A stretch of DNA of 63,284 bases, the filler included, from Hyphochytrium catenoides (lineage: Eukaryota; Protista; Hyphochytriomycota), in the NCBI GenBank assembly GCA_900088475.1. It is 11 parts of 11 records of this genome, joined end to end, with 100 filler letters (N's around TTAATTAATTAA, not from the genome) between each part and the next. Parts side by side here need not be neighbours in the genome. Positions count along the whole stretch, not along the records: positions 50,305 to 53,960 come from FLMG01001147.1; positions 54,061 to 55,648 come from FLMG01004250.1; positions 55,749 to 57,929 come from FLMG01002112.1; positions 58,030 to 59,473 come from FLMG01000124.1; positions 59,574 to 63,284 come from FLMG01000217.1; 6 more parts are not named here. The stretch is one strand, 5' to 3'. The translations under genes were made by a program, and so were the position numbers. This document shows, in pieces, positions 53,020-63,284 of the stretch. The notes beneath the pieces were generated by a model. That model was not told where the DNA came from. It saw nothing but the letters and a program-made list of their open reading frames with translations, and made no database searches. Within the stretch, counting starts at the first letter, position 1; each line of letters begins with the position of its first letter.

Positions 53020-53960
53020 TCAGTCTCCATTGAACCACTCCTCCTCCTTGTCATTCAATCTGATCTTACCACAAAGCTCGCTATAAACAGAATCTGGTAC
53101 ATTACCCCGTAGAAATTCAATTAACGACCGTCGGTCGAAGTTTGGAGGTCCCTTCGGAACATAACCTGGCACGTCCACTTTCTCCTTTAACGACTTATCA
53201 GCTTTCTCCGCCAACGTCATTGCTAACATCCACCAATCTACCGCGGGACTTCCAAAAGTAGCAGAATCTCCACGACGCAAGTCGGTTGGTAAATAGGGAA
53301 TTGTAGCGTGTGTACGCCCTCCAAAAGGAACAACGCTTCCGACGTCAATCAAGATGAAGTTCCTTTGGTTAAGACAGATGTTTGAGGGCTTCACGTCCAT
53401 ATATGCTAGACCAAGATCATGCATAAACTGTAACGCTGAGCTGAGCTGACTCCAAAACTGGATGACTTCTGGTCCGTGAAGGTGACTGATGTGTTCCATT
53501 GTGTCACCATACCTAGGCATTATCATATACTGCTTCTCCTCTTTGTGATGATAGAGCTCGAAGTCACAAATGTTGTCATGCTTTCTACTGCCGAGCACAT
53601 TGAGAAAATGCACCGCTCGTTTCTCCTCGAAAACTGAAAGAGGTTTGATAAGCATTGCCTCCAGTCCGCGATAGCATATAGTCACGGCACTCCCAGGATA
53701 GAGCGGTCCGTTCAGCTTAAACCCCTTCATTTGCAGATCAACGATAGTTGTTGTCTCTGGGAGTAAAACAGCCAAGTCGTAAATATCTACAGCAAGCCTC
53801 ACGTTCTGCGTCTGAAGGGCGTAAGACAGCTGAGATGAGAATCGAAGTTCCATTCGACGCACTATTCCTGGCTTCAGTTCCATTTCTCGATAATCCCTGC
53901 TGGAACGAATCAGCTTCTCAAAATTAGGCGCGTCTGTACTTGGCGATACTGATAGCAACT
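53020..53960 (-). CDS. Divergent Ser/Thr protein kinase-domain protein, 5'-truncated, intronless in view
   Basis: MLIK (beta3 Lys), HDNI, MIMPRY, LAYMDVKPSNI, LIDVGS, AVDWWMLAMTL. Confidence 0.85.
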
Positions 53961-54802
53961 NNNNNNNNNNNNNNNNNNNNNNNNNNNNNNNNNNNNNNNN
54001 NNNNTTAATTAATTAANNNNNNNNNNNNNNNNNNNNNNNNNNNNNNNNNNNNNNNNNNNNGGAGTGGTGCCTGCATTTCAAAGAAGATCAGCACTTCTAG
54101 CTGCTCTGCCTGCTTCCATCTTTATTATCTTGTCTTGTCGTCCTTCTTGCTTCCGCTGCTGACTGTATGACGCCTTAGACGCTGTTAGCTTTGGTCTTTA
54201 CACTTCTTTAGAAACCTTATCCTCTAGCAGTTGCTCTCAGGCCGTACCCTGAGTCTGGAACAGCTATTTTTTCTCCTGAGCACGCACTACCTCGCCCTGA
54301 AGAGGAAGCGCGCTGCAGCGCAGACATGTTCTCTATTTTATATACCAGACTCCCAGGAAGTCATCGGGTTCCACCGAGAAAGTTATGTATGACGAAGGCT
54401 CTTGTCTTTGGGCATTCACCGGCCTTTGTTCCTTGTCCGTCCACCGAGTGGCCTGGGAACTGGGAAAGACAGACACCTCTGAACGGACAGCAGCTCAGAG
54501 AGAGAGAGAGGAGACGAAGAGTTTCTTCTCCTCAGCTTGGCACTTGTTGAAGGATGAGAGAGAGAGAGAGAGAAGAAGGTTAGGACGTTATAACAAGGTC
54601 ATTTGGGACTAGCATGATGGTACGCTATACATTAGGAATCAGGATCATAGGGTTGATATCTGTGGAAACAGTCTTTGGACCTTGCCTACAGTAATGTATA
54701 CTCTTCCTGTGAAGCAAGTGTAGGGTGTAATGACCTAAATAAGGTTTACAGTGTATTCCTGATAGAGGCTCAGAATCTGCTGTCGATGATGGGTGATGGC
54801 TT

Positions 54803-54854
<52 letters not shown>

Positions 54855-56810
54855 TCTGTCTCTCTCTCTCTCTCTCTCCGTCTCTCTTTCCCTGTGTCTC
54901 TCTTTCTGTCGCTCTCACTCTGTCTCTCTCACTGTCTCTCTGTCTGGTCTTCCTCTCTCTCTCTCTCTCTCTTATCTGTCTGTCGTTCTTGCTGTGACGC
55001 TTATTTATGCTCTCTTCCGCTGCCTTCCTCTCTCCTCTCTCTCTCCTGATCCTGTCAGCGTTCCCTCGAGAGGTTCTCTGCAGACTCAACTCTTTTCGTT
55101 CTGCCCTTCTTCCTTCCTCCCTTTCTTCCTCCTCGCCGCTTCCCTCCTCTCGCAACCATCTCTCTCTGCCTTCCATATGTTCCCTTCGTTCTTCCTTCCT
55201 CGTTCCCTTCTCTCTTGCTCTCTCTTTCTCTCGCCTTCGTCTCTTCTGATACAAATCTTTACTTGAGAAGAGCCTGCCCCTCATTGCATTCGTCGCTCCT
55301 CTCTCCTCCTCAGACCTGCTCACAGGCAAGGCCGCGTCTTCATGAGAGCTCCACGAGTCCTGTCCACTTGCCTGGTGGCGCTACAAGGAAGCAGAGCTAT
55401 TGGTTGTTCTCTCTCTCTTCGCCCCTCTCCATCCCTAGCTTCCCAAGCCATTCTTCCTCTCCTTCTCTTCACACCGACAAGAGCCGCCATCTCTCTCTCT
55501 CTCCCATCTCGCACTTGTCCTTCCACAGCAGAAACATCCTCAGAGACAAAGAAGAAAGCCTTCTTCTCTTCCTCTTCCAGTACAATGACAAAGACCATTG
55601 CCCTTGGCAGTGACAATCGCTCGCCTCTCGCCTCTTTCATTCTCAATGNNNNNNNNNNNNNNNNNNNNNNNNNNNNNNNNNNNNNNNNNNNNTTAATTAA
55701 TTAANNNNNNNNNNNNNNNNNNNNNNNNNNNNNNNNNNNNNNNNNNNNTCTCTCTCTCTCTCTCTCTCTCTCCCCTGCGGTCTAGCTAACGAGCACCGAA
55801 AAGGAAGAGAGTCTAACACCCTCTCTCGTCTTTCTTCAGAAAAGGATGGGCCACTGACCAGAACACACATCATTTCTCTCTACTGTAATCTGGAATTCTC
55901 TCTTTCTCTCTCTCTCCCTGGATCTCTCTTTCTCTATCTCCCTCTCTTTTCCTTCTGTTTACCTTCCTTACCCTTTTCATTCCCTCCTCTCACTCACTCT
56001 CTCTCCTCCCTGGTCTTGTGCTTCTTTCTGTCTGTCTGTCTCTCTCTCCCAATATGGATCAATCTGCCTCTCTTCCTGATGTCTCTCTCTTCTTCTTCTC
56101 TCTCTCTCTCTCTCCATTTTCCGAAGATTTTCTCTCTCTTCGCGCATCCTACTTTATTTGACGAGTGAGCTCTGTTTCTCCTTCTTTATACAAATCTAAT
56201 ATTAGCCAGTCTTTTGTAATGCCTCAAGTCAGATATAGCGAAAGTTAGAGAGAGAGAGAGAGAGAGACGGAGAGAGAGAGAGAGAGGGAGAGAGAGAGAA
56301 ATAGATAGATAGAGAGATAGAGATAGAGAGAGAGAAAGAGAGGGAGGGAGAAAGAGAGGGAGAGAGAGAGAAATAGATAGATAGATCAAGAGAGAGAGAG
56401 AGAGGGAGAAAGAGAGAGGAAACAGAAAAAGAAAGAGAGGACGCGGAGAAAATGAGGACAAAGAGAGCGAGCGAAAGGGGAGACAGGGAGAGAAAGAGAA
56501 AAGAAAGAGGAAGAGAAGTAAAGTGAAGAGAGAGAGAGAGTGATAGAGAGAGACAGAGGCGCGAGAGGAGAAAGAGATAGGGGAAGCGAGCGAGAGGAAG
56601 GGGCAGAAGAGAAAGAGGGCGAGCGAGAAAAGGAGAGAAAGAGGAACAGAGAAAGGGGGAGAGAGAGCGTGCCCAGGCTCGCGCCATCTCTTCTTAAGTC
56701 TTATTTCTTCTCTCTCTTGTGTTATCCATGAATATTATCATCTCCTCAGATCTCTCTCTATTCTTCGTTCCATTCTTTGCTGGTCTCTCTCCCTCTCTAG
56801 CTCTTAAAGT

Positions 56811-57062
56811 TGCAATAATCTCTGCTAATAATCTCTGCTCTATGGAGTTCTGTCCATATATTTGCAATAATCTCTGCTAATAATCAGCAAGACCTTCTGC
56901 TAATAATCCGCCAATAGTCTGTAATCTGCGCTATTTTAGAGATGCAATAATCTCTGCTAATAATCTGCAAAAATCTCCGATAAATCTGCAAAAATCTCCG
57001 ATAAATCTGCAAAATCTCCGATAAATCTGCAATATCCTGCCCTAGTGAACTGCAATAATATC
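56811..57062 (+). repeat. Compound repeat array: GCAATAATCTCTGCTAATAATC x3 and about 21-bp AATCTGCAAAAATCTCCGATA x3
   Basis: Copies at about 56812, 56864 and 56944; tandem 20-21-mers at 56962-57030. Confidence 0.85.
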
Positions 57063-58392
57063 TCCTGACGCCTGGTAAGCCCACCAACAAACGCTGGTGT
57101 TTTCTCACAACCAAGCATAATAGCCTTCTTCTGCACGGCAAGAACCATCTTCAGTTGCAGCTCTTCGATGCTACCTCCCGTTGATCTCTGTCAAAGTTCC
57201 GCAATAATTGCTGCGAAGTCGCACTAATGCCTCCATTGAGGACTTAGCATTGTGGCTTAACATCAGCATTGAGACCCTTACTATTCAATGCAATACAAGG
57301 CTGCTGCCTTCCCCAATAATGAACCCTGTATATAGATAAAGCACAGCCATTCTCCCTTACGTATCTCTACCATAGACAACCATATCTGTCAAATGGCACG
57401 GAGGACCGATCTTTAGTCTCTGATATCGATTCGGCTCCAAGAGAAGCACCACCATCACAGCCTCGAATCTCTGCTAAAGTTCTGTGACAATAGAAGATCT
57501 CTGTCTTCTTCAACGCGGTAGCCTCTGCTCTAGCGCTCGGACACTCTCAGTAGAACTCTGCTGACCAAACAAGGAGCAGAGCAGTAAGCAGATAATGAAC
57601 CACCAGAATTCCTATCTGCAACCGGGTTCATTGAGAGAAGAAGCTTCCCGAAGAACCGCAATAACCTTCGTCAATCTTCCCTCCCAGGTAAAAGATCCGC
57701 AATAATCTTCAAAGTCTGCGTGGGACAAAGGAGCCTCAAAATCCCAATAAAATTCACCAACACTTACCTTTTGTATTGAGAATCAAACGCAATATGTGGA
57801 TGTTATTTCTAACCAGAAGTAGAGGATTCGGAATGTAGACTGTGGTCTTTAAAGTTTAAAGTAGAGGGCTGAGAGAGAGAGAGAGAAAAAAAGAGAGAGA
57901 GAGAAAAAAAAGAGAGAGAGAGAGAGAGANNNNNNNNNNNNNNNNNNNNNNNNNNNNNNNNNNNNNNNNNNNNTTAATTAATTAANNNNNNNNNNNNNNN
58001 NNNNNNNNNNNNNNNNNNNNNNNNNNNNNTTCTCGCGGTCTTAGAGTCCCATCCCCAGGTCTGGTGCTACCCTCACTTTGCTCCCTCTTTTCTTTCTTCT
58101 TCTCTCTCTCTCTCTCTGCCCCTTGTCTCTCTCTCTCTCTCTTTCTCTATTTCTGACTCTCTCTCTGTCGCTCTGTCTCTCTCTCTTATTGCGCCACCCC
58201 AGGTCTCCAGTCTCTCTCCTTCTCTTAGTCTTTGTCTCTCACACCTCTCCATCTCTCTCTTCCGTACCCTCTCCTTGTCTCTCTTCCTTTTCGCTTATCC
58301 CTTTCTCTCTTCTCTCTTCTCTCTCTCTCTCTCTCNNNNNNNNNNNNNNNNNNNNNNNNNNNNNNNNNNTCTCTCACTCTTTCTTATCTCAG

Positions 58393-58476
58393 GGAATTCC
58401 TAACTCGAGCCTGCAAGAAGTCTTTGGTGCGAACTATGTGAACCTCGCGCCTCTCATCAATGAGCTGACAGGATCC
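58393..58476 (+). CDS. Isolated 84-nt internal exon of an unidentified gene
   Basis: Pyrimidine tract-CAG acceptor and GTAAGG donor flank the open frame GIPNSSLQEVFGANYVNLAPLINELTGS inside CT-rich DNA. Confidence 0.5.
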
Positions 58477-58528
58477 GTAAGGCTCTCTTCCTCTTGATGC
58501 ATTTAATTCTGTTCTTCCTTCCTCTCCT

Positions 58529-58561
<33 letters not shown>

Positions 58562-59108
58562 CTCTCTGTCTCTCTCTGTCTCTCTCTCTCCTGCTACAGT
58601 CTCTACTTCCTGTCTCCCTCGGTCGCTCTTATCACATCTCCTTGGTCCTTGTCCCGTTCTTGAGCTGTTCTTTTATTGCTTTCTCTCTTCCTCTTCGTCC
58701 TTTTCTTTCTGTCTCTTTCCTCTCTCTTTCTCATCCCATTCACTCTGTTCTTTCTCTCTCTTTCCCTATCTCATGCACTCTTTACTCCTCTCTCTTCCTC
58801 CTTTCTCTCTTTCTCTCTCTTCACCCTCTTTCTCTCCTTCTCTGGCTATTAAAAGGGGAGGCTGAAGCTGTTCCGCCGCGGAGGCGAGGAATTGCTCTAT
58901 CAGTTGGTCAAAGAAGAAGACGCAGAGAAATTCAAAGGCCTAACGTAAGGAGAGGATGAAGAAAGGAGAAAGAGAGAGAGAGAGAAAAAAAGAGAAAGGA
59001 AGAGAGAGACGGAGAAGGAAACAAAAAGAAAAGGGAGACAGAGAGTTCCAGGATCAACTTCTCTGTCAACGTCTCGCCGAGAGTTTTCCCCCCTGCTCTC
59101 TCTCTCTC

Positions 59109-59144
<36 letters not shown>

Positions 59145-62100
59145 ATCTTCCTTTTCTCCTAACTCCAACTCTACTTCCTCCCCCTACCCTCCTTATCTAT
59201 GTCTTTCTCTCTCTCTTCCCCACCCATTCTCTCACTGTATCTCTCTCTCTTTCATCTCCCTTTTCTCCTAACTCCAACTCTACTCTCTCTCCCTACTCTT
59301 CTTATCTATGTCTTTCTCTCTCTCTTTCCCACCCATTTTCACTCTCCCTCTCACTCTTTACTCTCTTTCTCCATCCATCTATTCTATCTCCTCTCTCTCT
59401 CTCTGCCTGTCTATGTATCAATCCATCTCTCTCCTCTTCTTCTTTCTCTCTCCTCTCTCTCTCTCTCTCTCTCNNNNNNNNNNNNNNNNNNNNNNNNNNN
59501 NNNNNNNNNNNNNNNNNTTAATTAATTAANNNNNNNNNNNNNNNNNNNNNNNNNNNNNNNNNNNNNNNNNNNNATGTGTCTTCAAAATTTCGGAGCGTTG
59601 TGCTGCTGGACCCAATCCGCATGCCGTCGGATCGAAGGCCTGGCCGGACTGGAAGGGAAGCTGTAAGACATTGGTATGATCGACACAAGCACTGGTCAAC
59701 ACCAGCAGACAGTGGGAGGAATGGTATATTTCTAGCGTGAGTTCACCTGTTAATGTTGTTGACCACGTGGGATCTTCCATCAAGCGTGAAGTGATCCGGA
59801 CACCTGCCGAGTCCTCGATAATACGGCCCTGCATCTTCCTAGGCCGCTATGGTTAAAGCCTTAGGGCCCTAGGCGGCCTCTTCCTCCGTATCCCTCTTCA
59901 GGTATTGCAGCGGCGAGTTCTCACGACATCAACTTGATCAAGAGCCCTTAGGAACCAGCTCCCTTTTCAGATATCATCAAGTGTGAGAATGCCCGGAGGC
60001 CTTATCACCCGAATGTCGCACAGTTTTCTAGAGATGCTTCGGTTCCAGCTATAGCTCCGTGCAGTTGCCCTCCTTCCGTTCCAAGTTTCACGCTGGGCAG
60101 CTTAGTGACTGAGCTCTTCTCTAGCAGCAGGGCATTTGCTCCCATCATGAGGCAGCGAGGCAGCTCACATCAAGCTGCTGCCACTGCTGCTGCTGCTGCC
60201 GCTGCTGCTGCTTGGTTGACCTTTTGAAAACATCTTCTTCTTCCTTCTTCAGAAAATCAAAGACACAAAGGCAGAAGACCAATTACGAAAATCAATTTTA
60301 CGATAAGTCTCTAGTTATCTCATGCCCGGGCGGTGTGTTACTCTCCGTATGGATACAACCTTTCATCATTCACAGCAGTTCGTTCTTTGAAAATAAGACA
60401 ACTTGGTACTGCAGGAAGTAGGGAAAGCTAGCCATCATCATCAGAGTGGTGAAGAAGATTGTTGATGGGAATTGGTTTTTTAGGTGCTTCTTTCTTTACA
60501 GTCATCAATGCAAGAGGTTCTTGCAAGAGCTGCCCTCATCGATGTGGCTCAGCTACAGGTGACGTTGAGCACCGCCGACCAGCGGCCTATCAAAGTCTAT
60601 AAATGCAACGAGAGACGGAGAATGCCTGCTGTTTTAATAGTGTCGACCTCTTTCTCTGCAAAGAGAAATGTAACACCTTGCCCGACGAACAACAAGAAGA
60701 AGGTTCGTCTTGATGAGCGAGGCAGAACCTAGAAAGTGACGGCATCACACAAATATAGCGCTGCACTTCAGAAGAGAACAATGCGTAGTAGTAAACGAGC
60801 TTGCAGTTGAGGATTATCCTCTTTGGACTACCTCTTAATCAAGTCAAAGTGAGAGCCTCACAACTAGCTTGCACCTCAGAAACAGTGCGTGCTAAGCGAG
60901 CTTGCAACTGAGGATCAGCAACTCGGGGTACTAGCTTCGATAAATGGAAAAGCACGACCAACCACTTCCTCACCTGCTTGCCATCACTCATCAACTTCCC
61001 TAACATTACTTCCTGTTCATCAATCGCATATATACAACGTAGTCCACCAAAATACTGGTAGAACTAATAAGGTACGGGGTTCTAATACCATTACGGGATA
61101 CTCTCCTTGTCGTTAGGCGACGCATACAGTAGAGTGTAGTCTTAAAAAGGACGAACGGCTCTCGGCTCTTCTTGCAGATGTCGTCTCTTGTCCATGATGT
61201 AGGAATAGTGCTGCACTGCAGCATCTTCATGTTTTCACAGACTCTTCTTTCCAGCTAGGGCTAGGATAGAACCTATGATGGATCGCCAAAGCTCTAAACA
61301 AGAAACCAGGACAGTAGGAAACAACAACAAAGAGCTCTTGCATTATACTGAACCCGCCTTGGAAGTTTATTGGAAAACTATATCAAGATTAGAGATTCAC
61401 TTCTTTCATGAGCTAGCCCGCATCATGCTCATTTCGTGCTGGACCTTCGCCGAACCTCCTCGCACTGGCCAAATTTGGGCCATCTCCATTCCTACTTTGG
61501 AAGGGAATGAGGATAAAAGAGTGGCAGTGCCTAGACCCCCAGTATTGACCATAGAGCATCCGCCGTAGCTGTTACGACTGCTTTTCTGCAGTTATTCTAT
61601 AAGTCTTTGGAAGAGAAAGTACTTCAAGAAGGCAGGGTCGGGATAGCAGGAGGGTGGACGGCCACCAGTAGTTAGTATGTAAGTAATTTTCGCGGTCACA
61701 GGAGAGGCAATCACCCGACTTTCGCTCAAGTTAGGATATCGTTTTTCACTTTGTTGCGCTAGTAGTTCCTACTTCCAACCTTATCTTGTAGGGCTATTCG
61801 TACTACGTGCAACAAAGCTTACCCGCTTACCCTTCAACTTTTTGTGGGATGATTGTGGGGGATCAAACTCTCAAAGACACTACTAGCAAGCACCATCAAA
61901 TGAGGGTTTTTTGGCGCCCAAGGCGGCCGTATAGTTCTTCCCACTGGGACCGAAGGGGAAAGACAGTCGATGGAATAAGTAAAGAGTGACTCCGCCTACC
62001 TGGCTGTCCTAGTTCCTCGCAGGGCTATCCTTCGATCACACAATGGTGCTCTTAGGCTATTGCTAGCGGTACTTGTAAAAGCCTCATCAGTGGCAGCTCC

Positions 62101-63284
62101 AACAAGACGCCACCCACGAAATGCAGACGAGCGCCGCAGCGTCAAGCTGATTCCTCGCAGATCCTCGCACCGCTTCGGGGCTATATAAAGGCAGTGCCAG
62201 TCGACCAGAGGCTCTTGTCTCTCGTCGGTCTTCCTCTTCCCTGACTCATGAACATTTCTATCTTTAGCTTGTATGTTAAGAAACATTGCAGGAAGGAATA
62301 ATCTCAACCATTATTGCATCTCCACTTCATTCCTCCTCCTTTCTCAACCTTTATCACATTCTCCACAACCTTTGAAGCGCATTATTTGGCCTCGATCTCT
62401 ATCATAATCTTCCTCAAAAGCCTTTGTCTCATATCTCATATCTCTTGTCAATCTCTCAACTTCTCTGTTTCATTCCTCGTTCTATCTGTGATGCCGGTAC
62501 CTCTGAGGAATCCCTAGCCCTCTAGCTCCTCTTTCTCCATCACTTCAGCTACTCTACTTCTCTCTAGCTTTACTCTGTCTCGCCCGATTGGATCCCTGTG
62601 CTGTCCGTGTCACCTCCCCTGTTCTAAAGATATCTTAGGCTTTGGTCCCATCCAGTCGAGCAAGTAATAACTCCCCATCTCCCGCTAGCGTAATAATACT
62701 TCCTTCTCATAGCTAATACACGGCTAATTGAGCCTTAGAGTATTAGTAATAGTTGGGCGAGTGGTGACGAAACTGCCCCCAGCTGCAACACTACATAAGA
62801 ATCTATGGCTTGACATCAATAATCTGGGTAGAAGGGGAAACCCATAGAGAACACCCTGGCTATGGAAGTAGTAATATCAGCTTTGACTACTTGTCAATCA
62901 TCTTATTACTACTACCGGGTAACACCTGGATAACCCTTGCATGGCTCTATAGTATTACTACGCTGTTGAGGTAGAACAGGCCAGACAAAAAGTGCTTCCA
63001 ACCCCTCTTACCCACACCGCCTCGAAAGGTAACAGATGAGTGAGTGAGACAGTACAGTGTGTTTAGCGGCTTAACAACATAGACTCTGATAGTACATACA
63101 ACGCCATGGGTTTGTCTCCGACATGCGTTTGACCTGACCCAAGAGTTTTTTCCCGCTTTTTGTCCCATCATCACACCATCATCATCCTCCTTGCCCGCCT
63201 CCTGTACCTTTACCTTGCTCATCCTCCTCACTCATCCTCTGTTTTCGCTCCGTTTCCCACTTTCCACTTCTTTTCCTCTCTCTC

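Larger units (their letters stand above)
54780..59473. repeat. Mostly (CT)n/(GA)n low-complexity DNA across three small contigs
   Basis: Dinucleotide tracts that often abut the assembly gaps; includes a roughly 109-bp tandem duplication starting at about 59142 and 59251. Confidence 0.85.

Overview
Eukaryotic (protist-like) nuclear DNA using the standard genetic code. The window is not contiguous: it is 11 contigs/scaffolds joined by ten identical artificial 100-nt spacers (44 N + TTAATTAATTAA + 44 N). It contains a decayed Ty3/Gypsy retrotransposon with a very short 3' LTR, a Copia-like gag relic, and a compact set of mostly spliced genes. These are a 2OG-Fe(II) oxygenase, an RI-type LRR protein, a PX-domain protein, a two-repeat Myb, MRPL47, an ER/K helical protein, a DOT1-like methyltransferase, UFD1, TAF6, a partial TAF12, argininosuccinate lyase, a DEK-like chromatin protein, and partial alpha/beta-hydrolase, Zn-dependent dehydrogenase and divergent kinase genes. 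(GA)n/(CT)n low-complexity DNA is very abundant and produces most of the spurious ORFs in the track. I found no demonstrably new multi-gene system. The best leads are an intronless, probably myristoylated His/Ala/Glu-rich protein, the adjacent TAF12-TAF6 pair, a recurrent upstream AGCT/AAGCTTCAGAA motif, frequent AAG acceptors plus a GC-AG intron, and several unusual repeat or transposon architectures. All family calls come from motif recognition by eye, not from database searches.
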